Part shown: positions 26,401-42,199 of the stretch, in pieces
How the letters are laid out: each line of letters begins with the position of its first letter
How positions within the stretch are numbered: position 1 is the stretch's first letter
Assembly: GCA_009914755.4 (NCBI GenBank)
Contig: CP068257.2
Span: 25,792,001-25,856,000, forward strand
Reading direction: 5' to 3'
Length of the DNA stretch: 64,000 bases
Source: the human T2T-CHM13v2.0 reference genome, Homo sapiens
Notes under the pieces: generated by a model
The model's input: the letters and a program-made list of their open reading frames with translations, nothing else
Told to the model about the DNA's origin: nothing
The model's database searches: none
Translations under genes and position numbers: made by a program

Positions 26401-28970
26401 TCATACCTTTTCATTGAGACTCACATTTTCACTGAAATGTAGGTATTAAGGCCATCGACCCTATTTTAGGTTTTAGGAGACTCAGGCTAAGGAAAAAAGA
26501 GTGACTTTCTGTGGGTCCTAGAGAGATAGGACTCAGGTCTTCTGAGTCTTAATATAATATTTTTCCATCACACCATAGCTTTGTCTAGATTGAGTGACCA
26601 ACATACCGTTCTTTCTAGTTTCCTTATCCCCTTAGGAAATAAGAGATTAAACCTTGTTTAACTTCATTAGTAGCCTTATCAAAACCTATAACCTAAGAAG
26701 TCAAAAAAAGACTATCTCACCATCTCTCCCCTGAATATCTCTTGTTTCTTCACTAGTGAGTAAAATACATTGTTTCAGCAAATCGTTTTGCCATAACTAG
26801 ACACCAAAATTTAAAACTGAAAAAAGAAAACGTGATAGAAAAGTAAGATGGCATATCTTCACATTACAAGAAAATAAGTAAATAAAAATAAATCTGCCAG
26901 AGTGACTCCTTGATAATGGATAATAGGAGAAACAGTTTCAGCCAGGAGACTACGCCCTTCCGTTATGCCATACTTTCCTGGCTGAATTAAGAGTATCTCT
27001 CATCCCCCAGTGAGAACCTGTCTGAGCTAGCTTAAGATTTTTATCATTCAAGAAAATTCCATTTGGAAGTGAGACTCTCTAGATAACTTGGAGACACCCA
27101 TAATAAATTATCGTACGTGCAGATAACCTTCCAAGATAGTATTTAGTGCTCAGACAGACTGCTTTTATCAGTTTAAGCTATATGAAATTGCCATTGTTTT
27201 GGGGTCAAACCAGTTCGATAATTTCATATGGTGCATCTCAGACTTCACTTGTATAAGAAAGCAAGATACTTTCATTAAGAGTATGAGCTTTAGAGTCTAA
27301 AGATCTTTATTTATATGGAAGCACTTGCTCATACTAATCAGGGAAGGTTAATTAACTCTCAAATGGACATGATTATAATTGAGGTAGGGCCTATAGAGTT
27401 GCTATGAGGATTAACTGAAACTACAAATACAGAGTCTAGCACAGTATGGTATCAGATTGCTATTCAATAAATAATGGATATTATAGGGCTAATATTGTTG
27501 CTGAGGTCCTGTATTCTAACTGTGAACCCTATCTAGCTGTTGCACCCAGAAAGACTTGCTATTTACTTCTGATAAACTTGGACTGCACCTCATTTTTTAG
27601 CATATTACTGTCATGGTTAGCCATACAGTCTCTTTCATAAATGGTTTTCTGAGGTCATCTATATGAGTGAACCCAGTTAGTGCTAATAATAGAATTTGGC
27701 CATGAAGCCTGTACCTGTTAATGCCAAGAAATCTCTGTGATTTGGAGGATAGAGCATCTTTAGCACTTGGATATATTTACACACAAGTTTTTGAGTCATT
27801 CAGAGATTTCACTTTTAATTCATATGTGGAGAATGTTTTAGTATTTATAATAAAATCAGGTACAAAATATAATATGTATTACTTCCAATATTTCACTGCT
27901 ATTTACTCTTGGCTCCAGGCAATCAAGAATCTTTAATTTGTTACTCTGTTTTCTCAGATATTCTTTTTAAACTATTCCTTTGAACTCATAAGGAGCTATT
28001 ACTTCTCTCAGCCATTAGCCTTTTCACACTTTTGCTCTTTCTGACCACTGTGTGCCAGAGATTGCAAATTCTTTGAGGTCAGGCTTTGTATTGTTTACCT
28101 TTGCATGTGACTAGCACATACACTTGCACATTACAAGAACCCCAACAATATATTATAAGTAGAACCAATTGGAAAATTCAAATGATAAGCAGATAATTGC
28201 AAAAATGTGTTTGCAAAATTATAGTTGGAAATTGGAACACTTGAAAATTTTTTTTTAATTTTTTTTTTTATTTTAATAGTGAGCCACATATTGGAGATGA
28301 TTTAAGGCTTGCAGACCGACCATGACTGCCAATTGACCCACACTGTAGCTGAAATAATACTACCAGAAAAAAATTCTACCACTGAGTCCCAATGACACTT
28401 CAATCCCCCTATTTGATGTTAGACTCGCTTGCCTCTAAGGCATGATCTTTTTGATGTGTGGGGATATAGAGTGTTGCTTGGGTTGCTGAGAATAAAGTTT
28501 GCAATGGCCAAGGAGACCTGGTTATACCAAGGGAAGATTTCTGCAAAAGGAAAATTCTTCAAGTTTCGATGTCCACGTTTGCATTTATAAGGGGCTGAAC
28601 AAGATGGTAGCCACTAGCTACATAAGCTACATAAGGGTATGTACATTAAAATTTCAATTAATTAAAAAGCCATTTCCTCAGCCATACTAAACATATTTCC
28701 AGTACTTAATAGTCCCATGAAGATGACACCTACAAAATTGGATAGCAGATATTTTCATCTCAGAATGTCTTATTGGACAGCACTAGTCCAAACAATTGAT
28801 GGAGAAGATCATTTGGGTGTAGAGAGGCAGGTTGTAATTTATAACTCATTATCAGGGAGGGTGAGTATAGGGCTGTCACGATATCAGAAATGCCTTGGCA
28901 ATTCTCAGCTGTTTGATGCATTAACACACTTCTTCCACCTGGAAATGGAATTCCAGCTCTTTCTACTGAG

Positions 28971-28992
28971 ACACACACACACACACACACAC
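28971..28992. repeat. (AC)11 microsatellite followed by T8
   Basis: direct read. Confidence 0.95.
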
Positions 28993-30224
28993 TTTTTTTT
29001 AACAAGCAAACACAGATCTTTTTTTCTAAATTGAATGATTATCATTAAAATAATTATTCCTCGTGTATTTTTTCTTTACATTCTCTCTGTAATATCTTGC
29101 TGATCAGATTATAGAATTTCCATTACATAAAAAGTATTTTTGTCGTTTTATCAATCAACCAACCAAAAAACGAAACTAAAACAAAATTACAAAACAAAAT
29201 TCAGACCTTTAGGTTAAGGTTTTATTTTAAAAGTCTGTCCAATCTAGGAAATATTGCATAACTAACTTATTATTGTCTTGGCTTCTCAAGATGCAAGTAC
29301 AAATTTTGACTTTAAGCAAATTCCCTCTGCTGTTATTAGCATGATCACTATGAATAAAAATATATCACAATTTAAAATACCAAAATATGAAAAATAGAAA
29401 GTTTGCCATCAAAAACAAAGATCCAATATTGATTTTATTTTTTCAGGGAAAATATTTCTGGAGGTTTAAGTCTTTACTACTGACACATTTGAAAATCAAG
29501 ACAATGGAAAACCCCTACCCTTTTATTGAGCTCATATTTTTCATCTGTATATGGAACTTTTCAAGTAAGAAGATATTGTGTCCTATGAGTGACCTTAGTG
29601 TTCGGGTAAATTACTTTCTTTCTATGAAGAGTCTAAAACATGCATATAAATAGGAATGTGCATAAGCTTGCAAAGATATTACTGGCGTTCTGCATTTTCC
29701 ATAAAAAGTTATGTATGCCTGAGGCTAAATGCCTAGCTGTATTTCATCCTAAGGTTAATAGAACTTCATGAAATATTTAGACTTTCATAATATGGCTTTT
29801 ACATAATTTTTCAAGACAGTCAGAACTTTTTGACCATTTAAATGTTTTTACCTAAAACAGAGCAATCACCTGGCGTTTGGTTTACAACATGAATTCTTTG
29901 TCCAGACCTCTCTTTGGAGTGGCTGCTTCGGTCTTGTTCCTGGTTGATTAGACATAGATCTCTCTGATCTGACCTCAGATAACATCTATGCTTAGAACTC
30001 TCGTCTCTCAAATGTTGTGCTTTGATCATCAATCATCTTTGAAAATATTAATATAGCAATGCCCAACTCAACTCAGCTGACAATTCAGTCGTCCGGGACA
30101 CAACAAAAACAAATCAACACATAACTGGACCAAAAGCTGAGTACCCAGTTTGTTTTTGATGGTGGTAGTGGTGATGCTTAAATACACGTGTGTGTATATG
30201 TCTGTGTATATTTTATCACATGCA

Positions 30225-30246
30225 TACACACACACACACACACACA
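30225..30246. repeat. (CA)n microsatellite, about 11 units. A second short (CA)n lies at 30894-30908.
   Basis: direct read. Confidence 0.9.
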
Positions 30247-32152
30247 TGGATTTAACTGGATATCACATATCTTAAAAATTCAGTTAGTTCTAGCATTTCT
30301 CCCATCTAAGCCAACTAAATAAGATTTTTGTAACTATTACCACTTACTGCTAGAAAATTTCCTTTAGTTTAAATTATCTAGACATTAAAAAGAGGGAGGA
30401 AATATTTTATTTTACTACAAAATAATTCTCCAGCCTTCAAGTAGTATTAAAGCAAAAACATATTATAATATTGAATTTCTAAGGGATGCTATGAATTTTT
30501 TGGTCTTATCTAAACCCATCACAAATCCCTTTTTAAACAATGGTCAACATTTGAATGAACTGGGCCATTGCAGAAACTCAGCATCTTACGAAGCATTTCC
30601 TTCCTTCTTTTTCTCTTCTCTTCTTCCCTTCTTTTCTCTTTCATAGATTAAATAATTAGAATTTAGGACCTATTACCTTTTTTTTTTCATTAAGAATCGA
30701 TCTCAGAGCTACACCTATTTGTTAATTCTAAATCATTGTTTTCTGGAGCTAAACAGATCTAGTGACTTTTCATGTAACTATTCTTAAAATATACATATGT
30801 ATAATATACACATATATAATTATACTTCTATAGGTATATTTCTATTATATTACATTTACATATGTATGAATATACTTTTATATATACACATAAACACACA
30901 CACACACAAACATACGTATTTTTTTCCTCTCCTCTAAATATCACTCCCCACCCCAGATGATTAATTCAAAAAATAATCAATACCAATCTGACATTGTACC
31001 ATGTGCCACCAGAGACAATGAGTTCCCTGTGTTTGAATAGTAAACAATATTGAACAAACATTAAATTCTGAACAATGTTGGACCCTAGGAGGCTCAAGCT
31101 TCACATTAGGGTTTTAAGTAGATTATCATCATATTTCATTTAAATCCTAACTTTCCATAATTGTGAAATAATCAAGTTAGAGAATTTTTCCACTTCCCCA
31201 ATAACTAGAGATACATTTACAAAATTACTCTCAGTTATCAAAGCATTTACTTAACAGGCTATTTCCAAGGGATACATGAAATAATCTATGCAAAGCATGT
31301 AACACATTTCTTGATATATAGTAAGTGCTATAATTTTTATCAATTACTCTTGTGTTATTATACATAAACTAAACTCTAAGCAGTAGAGCTCTATTACACT
31401 TTCCAATTTATTTTTGTATCTGAAATACATGTTAACGTGATTTCTGGCTATTGTGTTTTTTCTTGACTGGTTAAAATGGGAAATGAATAGAAATGCTGTC
31501 ATCTCACAGTAGTGAGAAAATCATCCCAATTTTAATGATATACAGCAGATGAATCACCTACTTAATGGCATGATCAAACAGACCTGGAAATACCAGTCAC
31601 TCCCATTGCAGCCCACAGATTTATCTGTTTATGGATGGAAATAATGCAAACATTCTTCTTGAAACCACTCTATTACCACAAAATATCATTATTGACTAGA
31701 CAGTGTAATCCTTCTCAATATGTGTGCCTTGGCTTGTATAGTAGAGAAAATAATATAAAATTTAATAAGTAGTAATATTAAATCAAAGGAGCAGAAACAG
31801 AAATTCATTTCATGGTTTTATCTGGTTAATATTAAGCACTGGCATGGTCTTTATAAAATTAGGCTATTTCTTTAATTTATATCCTTTAGTTATAATTTTA
31901 AAAGATGTAAACCATTAATTTACATTTTAGAAACATTCTATTTGACACTGTATATTAACTTGCATTCATGTGAATAACATTAAATTGGATATGAAATAGC
32001 AGTCTTTAAGGAAATAGTGTTTTAAATACATAAAAGTAGGTAATAAAATGCAAAGTAACAGCCAATATATATAGAGAACTTACTATACGTGAGGCAATGT
32101 GCCTAGCATTTTGCACAGATTATTTCAAATTTCTCCCAAAATATCCCTGTAA

Positions 32153-32523
<371 letters not shown>

Positions 32524-33394
32524 GGGTATCATACTCTTAACTGATAATCTTACAATGATGGAAAATAGGATGTAAACAAAATATAAATGTCATCTACTTA
32601 AAATCCTACGATGAGGCCTGCACTGTCTGTGCACTGCTCCTACTAAGCACTGTTCCAATGTAGCATTCAGGCATGGGGACTCATTGCCTCTGGATATGGC
32701 CCACTCTATCTCTAAATAGTTCTAGCCGTTAGACAACTGGGGCCAACCCAAGAGAGATAAATTTTGGAGCAATTTCGGGTAGTGTTTTCTATTTTCTAGA
32801 GATAGGACAGAAACAAATTAGAAAAAATATCGGGAAACATGCACTGTGTCCTGCCTCACTATCCAAGACTTCTTTTTAACCAGACGAATCTTCCCAGTCC
32901 TTTAAAATTGTTCTGCATCTGATCTATGTCAGCTCTCATCAGCATTCTAGCAGTGCTCTTGTGAGTCAACTCTGGATTACCTACCTCTCTTTCTCTTAAA
33001 GACCAATACTGAGAAGAGCCCAGTTGTCAGCTACACAGACTTTCAATTTGACTGCCTAATATCTTGTTCTCTCTCTCTCTTAACTCTTGTGAGTGTAGCA
33101 ACTTTCTTAAACTTCTCTGTTCCTCATCTATAAAGGAAAGATTGTAATAGCGTCCCCTTCTGGACTTGCTGTGAGGTTTCAATGAAATAATCTGTGTAAA
33201 GTTTCTAGCACAGTTTTTAGCACGTAAAGAATACTCAGCTAATGCTTTGTATTATTAGTGTTATTAATATGACAACTGTAATCAGTTTCAAGACTTGATC
33301 TACTCATAATATGATGGCAATTTACAATAATTCTTCTAATGTGTTTAAAATGGAGTTCGTTTTTGACAACAATGTAAGAGGGGTGATTAAAATT

Positions 33395-33520
33395 ATGTAT
33401 GTGTGTATATATATATACAGTGTATATACACACTGTGTGTGTATATATATATACTGTGTTTATACACACACATATATACATATATGAGCATATGCATATA
33501 TAATACATATGTAAATACAT
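33395..33520. repeat. Complex TA/CA/TG-rich low-complexity block with quasi-palindromic symmetry
   Basis: GTGTGTATATATATATACAGTGTATATACACACTGTGTGTGTATATATATATACTGTGTTTATACACACACATATATACATATATGAGCATATGCATATATAATACATATG. Confidence 0.9.
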
Positions 33521-35152
33521 AATTTACCCACAAACACCCAAAACACTAGTAGTTAAAAAACCATTTTCAAATATATCACTAAGTATTTCTACCTTACCTA
33601 GGTCTAGATTTCAAATAGAGTTAGAAATTAACTTATGCAGTTGATAAACATTTATTGAAGAAATGAATTGTAAAGTAATACGCTTCTCCAGTCAGAAAGT
33701 TTTTCTCATGCTGTATATTCAATCAAATTGACAAGTGACCTTGATTTTACTTCCTCAGTCTCTTGAATTAATTCCTTCCTTTATTTCGTCATAACTGTTG
33801 TGAGCTCAACTTTTATATCTAACATGTAATCTAGGAAAACCTGAAAATCAGTGTCTCTGCTCCTTTCTCCTCAATTTACGTCCAGGACATTCCATGCTAC
33901 TAGAATAATTTTTCTTAAATGTCAGTTGGATGATTTATCACCCACTTGTCAAGAACACGCAAGGATTCACTATTGCCTGCTAGTTACCCTCAATCTGGCC
34001 TTCCTCAGACAGTTCAACTTACCTTTCCAGGGTCAATCTCTCCTATTTTTTTAAATGTATACCTCAATCACTAGACCACATGTCCTCCTTGCTACTCTTT
34101 AAAGACAATGTTCATTTTGCACTGCATTTGTATTTGTTCACGTAGGCTAGCATTTTGCTCCCACCTCATCTTCATTTTTTGCAACTCTTCCAAGTCTCAT
34201 CTCAACACCACTTCATCCATAAAGTCTCTCTGATCCTCCCATTCAGCACAACCTCCTGAGACATGAAATTCCAATGAACTTTGTTTGAACTATTTTAGGG
34301 CCCTTATCTTACACAATCGTGTATCCTAGTTATTCTTGCACTTATGTTATTAAACATAGATAGAGGGTTCTGTTTTTCCTAGTAGCCCCTCACAATATTT
34401 AGCCAAGTTTCTCAAAAATCACATGAGCTCAAGAAATGTCTGTTAAGCTGGAGGTTTGATGGATCCTACAATAGGCACTCATATTACATTTTTGAAATTT
34501 ATATTTTTAGAGAAAATAGATCTTACTGTTTTTCTCTATTATAAAGATAGACTGAGATAAACAAATACTTTAGAAAAGAAACTTTGAAGAAATAACAAAA
34601 AAGCCCTCTGAGTGTAAATCTATTTTGTAAATGATTTTGAAACGTCTTACTTTTTATATCTTATTGACATATCAAAATATTCAAAACACCATTTACCTCA
34701 GTTGCTTTAACACAGTTCCACGAAGTATAATAAAAAGAAAACTAACAATAGAAAAGAAAAGCAAAATTACTGTCCTGGTTGGTACTACTTTACTTGAAGA
34801 TCCAGTGAAGTTTCACCCAGGATTTTTTTCATGTTTTGTGAGTTTCACCAACCACATAATCATAGCTTAAAACACATAATAAACATAAACTAATACAAGG
34901 AACTAGTTGGGGGATTCTTGGGACCTGCACACAGAAAATTCCCATGTTAGAATTAGGCCAACTGACTGGAGATCTGGCTACAATGGATGGCTATTTACTG
35001 CTCATTCAGTAATCTTCAGCTGGCCTTCGAAGTAAGGACTAACTTGTCTTTTCAGGGCTGGGAAGAAAAGAGAGAAATTGTGGTTTTGTTAAGTGCTGCA
35101 GGAAATATCCGGTCTTTTCTCTTCCTCCACTGTTTAGAAAAGAGCATGTATT

Positions 35153-35452
35153 GGCCAGGCACGGTGGCTCATGCCTGTCAGTAATCCCAGCACTTTGGGA
35201 GGCCGAGGCGGGCTGATCACGAGGTCAGGAGATCGAGACCATCCTGGCTAACACAGTGAAACCCTGTCTCTACAAAAATACAAAAAATTAGCCAGGCGTG
35301 GTGCCGGGTGCCTGTAGTCCCAGCTACTCGGGAGGCTGAGGCAGGAGAATGGCGTGGAACCTGGGAGGCGGAGCTTACAGTGAGCCAAGATCGCGCCACC
35401 GCACTCCGGCCTGGGGGACAGAGTGAGACTTCATCTCAAAAAAAAAAAAAAA
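35153..35452 (+). mobile_element. Alu (AluS-type), full length, with an A15 tail
   Basis: GGCCAGGCACGGTGGCTCATGCCTGT...GATCACGAGGTCAGGAGATCGAGACCATCCTGGCTAACACAG...TCATCTCAAAAAAAAAAAAAAA. Confidence 0.95.
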
Positions 35453-36442
35453 GTCCCAGAGAGATACTCTTCCCCTCCCACTATGTGAGGAATAGCAAGA
35501 AGGTATTGTCTATGAAACAGAAAGCAGATCCTCACCAGACACTGAATCTGCCAATGCCTTAATCTGAGACCTCCTAGCCTTCAGAACAGTGAGAAATACA
35601 TTTCTGTTACTCGTAAGCTATCCAGTTTGTGGTATTTTTTTTATAGCAGTCTAAATGAACTAAGACATTATGCTTTTAAATGATTTAGATATTTATGGTA
35701 GGATTCCTATAATTGCATATCTTGACGTTGCATTTCCTGAATTACTGTGTATAATATAAAAATCAGAGTACCACACTCATCTACCAGCCAAGCTGGGCTT
35801 GTCTGACTTATTCTTTGGTCCCTCACCTCCTTCTTGATTTGGGGGGACATTCTTCTATGCAATTCCGGGTTTTTCCTGTAACCAGGTCTTAGTTTTAATT
35901 TGGTCCACTCTGACTGCTATGCTATCCGGTGCTTGATTTCAATGAATAAATTCTAAGAAAGGTAGATGCATATTCATAATTCTTTTAAGTAAATGTGTAA
36001 AATATAACTTTTGATTTTCAGGTTGAACTAAAAGATGTAAAATTTAAAAGGACAGAAATGGCACAAATGCATGTAGCAAAATATCTGAGCCTCCTAAAAC
36101 AAAACCAAATAAAAATATGTATTCTCTAAAATTTTGCATATTTCTCTGACTTCCTTATCCTCTACTCCAGTGGTGTAAAATTTCACTTAGCACCTGTTGG
36201 AGTGCTCTTGGCACTAAAATATCACAACTATTGCCAAAGTCATTTCTTATTTTCTAGAGCAGAACCAATCAGACATTTCTAAAGCTGCCTCCCTTCAAAC
36301 TTCATTATGACCTCCTTAGCTCTCTAGGTGGGGTTTATCTTTCCTCTCTGGAGGTAAATTCTCTCACCTTAGCTAACTCAGGCAACTACACCCCCTATGT
36401 CAGCTTTTTCTGGTTTTGCTGTTAATATAGGAGGTAATTATC

Positions 36443-36789
36443 TGATACGGTTTGTGTCCCCACCCAAATCTCATCTTAAATTGAGGCTCCCATAATTCCC
36501 ACGTGTTGCGAGAGGGACCTAGTGGGAGACAACTGAATCATGGAGGGGGTTTTCTCCATACTATTGTCTTGGTAGTAAGTAAATCTCATGCAATCTGATG
36601 GTTATATAAGGGGTTTCTGTTTTTGCTTCTCTCTCATTCTCTCTTGCAGGCGCCATGTAAGAAGTGCCTTTCAGCTTCCATCATGATTGTGAGGCCTCCC
36701 CAGCTACATGGAACTGAGTCCATTAAATCTATTTTTTTTTCCCAGTCTCGGGCCTGTCTTTATCAGTAGCATGAAAATGGACTAATACA
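36443..36789 (+). mobile_element. THE1/MST-family MaLR solo LTR
   Basis: TGATACGGTTTGTGTCCCCACCCAAATCTCATCTTAAATTGAGGCTCCCATAATTCCCACGTGTTGCGAGAGGGACCTAGTGGGAGACAACTGAATCATGGAGGGGG...GCGCCATGTAAGAAGTGCCTTTCAGCTTCCATCATGATTGTGAGGCCTCCCCAGCTACATGGAACTGAGTCCATTAAATC...CCCAGTCTCGGGCCTGTCTTTATCAGTAGCATGAAAATGGACTAATACA. This matches the remembered THE1 consensus end to end. Confidence 0.85.
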
Positions 36790-37800
36790 TTATCCTTGAC
36801 CCAAAGTTTTATCACATTCCTCTTCCAAAATTTTATGAGTAACACTCCCCTTTTCTGTTATCACTACATCCATAATCCTGACACAAGAATAACAGATTTG
36901 CCATTATTTGAAATCATATGAGAAATGTTTAATGTTTTTGAACCGTGCGTAGAAAGAACAGCTGTCAACATTGAATACATACATCCACAATGTGAACAGA
37001 GTACTCAATCTGTATTGGGGTATAGGCTTAAAAAAGTAAGAGGAAATCCTGGGCCCTGCTCTTGAAATCCAAAGCTTTGAATTAAGGTGATAGGAAATGT
37101 ATACCAATGCAAACTGAATGCTGATGTTATATGGTTGCTTCTTGTAGTAGTGAGAGTAGTTTCAAAACTGGGAGCTGCTATCATAAGCATTATGATAATA
37201 TGGGAAACCAACTATACAAGAATCCAAAATATGAAGTCATATACTCAGGGGTGTCAAGGACCACAGATTAATGAGAAAATAATTCATAGGGGAAGTTGGC
37301 CTTAGCAGAGGTATTTATACATGGTTGAGGTAAGAAGGTTTGGTGCTGAAGGGCTCCTGTCCATGGCAGGGTTACTATTCCACCCCTAAGGCAGCTTGGG
37401 CTTTCCATCTACCCTGCCTGGGTTAATGCAACCTGAAAAGTCCAAAAATTAGAAGCAGAGCCGGGTGAGATCTTGATGTAGATGGCGAAAAAGTAAGTTT
37501 TTAATGTTTGAAGCTTAGAATATGGCTGGAAGTAGAAAGGAAACTGAAGGAAGCTAGTAGTGAAAAAGTGAAGTAGACTATTGACAAAGTAATAACTAGG
37601 AATTTTTGTTTCATTTGTTGAAGCTTTTTGTATTATACTGTGCCTGATATGATCAAAATATTTGAAGGAAGACTTCTAGATCTTGTGAGTTGACACTGTT
37701 TATGCTGTCATTAAGAATATCTATTCCAACATGCAGGTTAAGATAAAAGAAGAAAGTAGCTTGGACTATTTTAGAGTTTCTTCAAGAATGAGAAAAGTAC

Positions 37801-38279
<479 letters not shown>

Positions 38280-39694
38280 CTAGCATCCACAAAGTCAGTT
38301 TTACTCTCCTTAAATTCTTTAAATTCTCCTTTTATTCTCCTTAATTTGACCCTTCTGTACGTGTGAGTCTAATCCTGACAAATCAACTCACATGAAACCA
38401 ATTCACAGAGTCTCTGGCTGAATGGAGGCTTTAACCAATAACAACTTTCCTACCTCTCGAGTTGAACACATGCCTCACTCATTCCATAAAGGACCCTCTG
38501 TATGACAGGCACTGCTTTAGGCACTTGGGATATGTGAATGCACGAGTATACAAAGCTAAAAAACAAACACACACGCAGAAAAACCAAAGCCACCTTGACT
38601 TCACAAAGTTTGTGTGCTAGTGAGGGGTGGCCACAATAAACTACAAACAAGAAAGTTAAATTATATAGCAACTTAGAAAATGATAAATACTGTGGAAAAA
38701 TAGAAATAGCAAAGGAGATTGGGTGCAAGGGCTGGAGAGAGGGTTGGAATTTCAAATGGTGTGGTCCCAATAGGTCTTATAGAAGTGATCTTTAAGTAAA
38801 ACTTAGCACATTTTATGGACTGCCAAATATATTGTAGCTGCATGGAATACATAGTGAAGAAAATAGTCTGAGACTCCACTGTTTAAATCTTAGCACAGGG
38901 GTGGGGGAGCAGTCAATAACAGTAAAGAATTATGTAACGTATCAGGTAATGGGAATGTTAAGAGGATAGTGATCGGAATGAGGTGCTCTGTCTGGTAATG
39001 TGGACTGTGAGGCTTTTTATAAGGCGGTGTTTGAGCAACAGAACCTAATTCATATAATTTCTCAGTATGGGACCCATAGAAATTAGATACTCCAGCAATT
39101 CATATGTTCTAACCCTTCATTGGGGAAAGCAATCCCAAGGAAGGGGGTTGAAGATGAATCGATGTAAGGGAGGAAAGGAGAGCAAGGTAATAAAAATGGT
39201 TGTCTCTGATCTGGCTGCCACTCTGATCTGTAAGAAAACAGCAGGGTCTAAATCTTTTAGGAAGATTTTCTAAGATGCTGGCATTCCTGGGCTCTCCATT
39301 GGGAAAGAAGGGGAAAGCACTTATGTGCTGGTCAAGGGTCTCCTTTGTGAAAGTTGCACTCTACAGGGTGTTCACTTCCCAGCACTTCTGGGCTGCTCTT
39401 GTCCAGGTTCTAAGCTGGTCCCTGGTGTATCAAGCCTTAGCTGCACCAGAGAAGCTCTTGGGTAGAAGATAAGAGAGGATCACATGGAGCATAGGCATGA
39501 TGTAACTCACTGTGCGTTGTGCGCATGTGAAGTTGAGAGGTAAACTTGCAAGCTCCATGGCCTCAAAGGTGGCTGAGTGGCCTGTGGTGCAAAGGTCCGC
39601 AGGTGAATGAAGCTTAGCAGACCTGATACAGTGCACAAGACGAAAAGTGCTTTATAGATATTAACTAATTTAATGCCAATAACAATCCTATGCT

Positions 39695-39850
39695 GTAAAT
39701 GCTATTTTCATCCCTATTTAACAGAAAAATAATCTAAAACATAAAGATCTTTAATAACTTACCTGGAGTCACACAACTAGTGGGTGTCAAGATTCAAACA
39801 GGCCTTTCGCCTCCAGAAACATGCTCCTTAACCTTGTGAGTACCAATCTT
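39695..39850 (-). mobile_element. MIR SINE fragment
   Basis: TTTCATCCCTATTTAACAGAAAAATAATCTAAAACATAAAGATCTTTAATAACTTACCTGGAGTCACACAACTAGTGGGTGTCAAGATTCAAACAGGCC, compared with the MIR reverse complement GGTACTATTATTATCCCCATTTTACAGATGAGGAAACTGAGGCACAGAGAGGTTAAGTAACTTGCCCAAGGTCACACAGCTAGTAAGTGGCAGAGCCGGGATTCGAACCCAGG. Confidence 0.6.
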
Positions 39851-40596
39851 ACTCCACAAGCTAAATTGTTTTTAATTAATGGTGAAAAAATTCTCTTAAA
39901 TCTTTTAATAGTTTTCTGTAAATTATGATTTCTAGTATTGCTTCATTTATCACAGAATCAGTTCATTTTAACTAAATTCTAAAGTAATGATATTTAATAG
40001 TCGTAGAAAGAATCACTGAGAAAGCAGCAAGAAGTGGAAGAGGAAAAAGTGCATAAATAGTACCTAGAAGGGAGCCTATTTTTATTTTATTTGATATATA
40101 TTTTGACAGGAAAGAGGACTTTTACCTAAATACATTTTCTGGTATGTTATTTCTGCTCCATCAGATGAAGAAAATTGAATTAAAAATTTTGAATTACTTC
40201 AGTGGGTTATCTTGATGTAACCGTTAAAATTGTCTATTTCAGTCTGCATGTTAAAGTAAAAGAAGGACATAGTATACAAGGGGTTTGAATATCTTTTGTA
40301 TATTATGAACAATTTGAACTCCATTTGCTTTGAGTGTTTCAGTTCCAAGCACCAGTTATCTGAGGAATGATAGGCAGAACAGACTTAAATTCAACACGTC
40401 AGTATGAAATTCTGCAGCCCTGGTAGAGAGGATGAAAGAACAATTGGTAATAGGTTCTGTTATCTTCTCAGTCCCTGTTCTGTTTGGGGATATTATCCAT
40501 TTAAGTGAAGTCATTCCAAAGCACTGAGAACAAAATGTCTCTAATTTCACTCATTTTGAGAGATATTTGATTAACATTTTACCTATGCATGTATAT

Positions 40597-40624
40597 CACA
40601 CAGACACACACACACACACACACA
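40597..40624. repeat. (CA)n microsatellite, about 13 units
   Basis: direct read. Confidence 0.9.
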
Positions 40625-42199
40625 GCCCTTCACAATTGTGCATAGAACTTAGGGTTTCTCTCCCAATATTAGTCTAGTCTGCATAGCCAGCAATGTTCTT
40701 CTCTTGAGGAGGATTGTAAAAGGATATTTTAAAAGTGCTTTTTCTAATGGAGAAGTGAATCAGACAAAGTAATCGTAAACAAGACATGCCATTTTTCTTG
40801 ATGAAATATCTGTGACAGTCCTCGTTTAACTGGTCTCTTTGATTCAGTCTTGATGTGGTTTGTCCTCTTGTTTGCACTCAGCACTTTGTGCAAAGAGAAA
40901 TCAGCACCTTTTCAAAATCAACAAGAAAAGTGGTAGTTACAATATTTTGGCCTTCATTTTTACTGTTGATTAAATGTGATTGTAGTTTCTTTCCTACTGA
41001 AGAACACCTAAATTCTGTCTCCCAAATAAAACAGAGAAGGGTGCATCTTTCTGTGCAATGTCACTTTTGGACCAATGAACATTAATTATGCTGTTTATTT
41101 CATCCAGAAAAACCGGAGATAAAATGTCATCCAAAGTCTTTTGATTTCTTATCCCATAGAACCCATGCTTTATCAGAACAGACATGTAGCTGACAAGGGC
41201 AATTTTTAAAATAAGTTTTAATTAGAAACTTTCCTGAAGTTCTACATTTATTTCTGCTTTAAAAATTACTAGCTAATGTCAAAGATGCTGAACTTTTATC
41301 TAGCCACTTCAATCGAAAAGGTTGGTATCAAGAAAAATACTGATTTTAGTCAATGAACAATGTTCACACAATGTAATAATAGAGAAAAAGTGATACTTGG
41401 GGAAAATAAAAATTAGTTTACTTCTTGTCCTTTTGTTCATAAAACAGTATAATTAAACTCAGTAAGTTACAAGTAGCATAATTAAGAACTACATGAGAGC
41501 CATAAAAATACTTGCAGATTCATTCAAAAGTTCTAACCACTGAATTCTGTATTATTTTTTGGGTCATAGCAGTTTCTTAAGATTTTCAGATTCAAGTTGA
41601 AGCAATGACTAATATCTTCTCATGAACATACTGACGTCAGTTACTCTTGCCATATCCCCTAGAAGAGTCGTCACGTTGGGTAGATTCTATTGGATAAATA
41701 ACTCACAGTGCTATCCTTCTTTCATCTGTGACACTCCCCTCATATAACTAATGACCATTTATCCTTATCTTTTGTCTCATTATCTCCTAATAGATTATCT
41801 ATCCTCCACAATATTACCAAGGTTGATTTATTTGCAAACAGATTTGTTGATTTCAGTGGCTCACTATCACCTACAGGAGAAGCCAGAATGCCTACAAGGC
41901 TCCCTCCATACCTTAACCTTCCCCATGACTACCTGGTATCTGGCAACACACACATACTCCGTATTTCCTGAACACCCCATGCCCTTGATCTGTGCCTTAG
42001 CTCTTGCTCTCCCTTTTGTTGGGAATACGCTCCCCCTGCTCTTTCTGCCTCCCCACATTTTTGTCCTTCATTGTATACACGATTGGCCTCTGAATGTTTT
42101 CTGGTCTCCCTAAAGAATCGGTCGTGTACATCTATGTGCTTCTGTAGAACATGCTCTACTTCTCTGTGGTGTGTGGGTCATGTAGACTACTTGAGGTTG

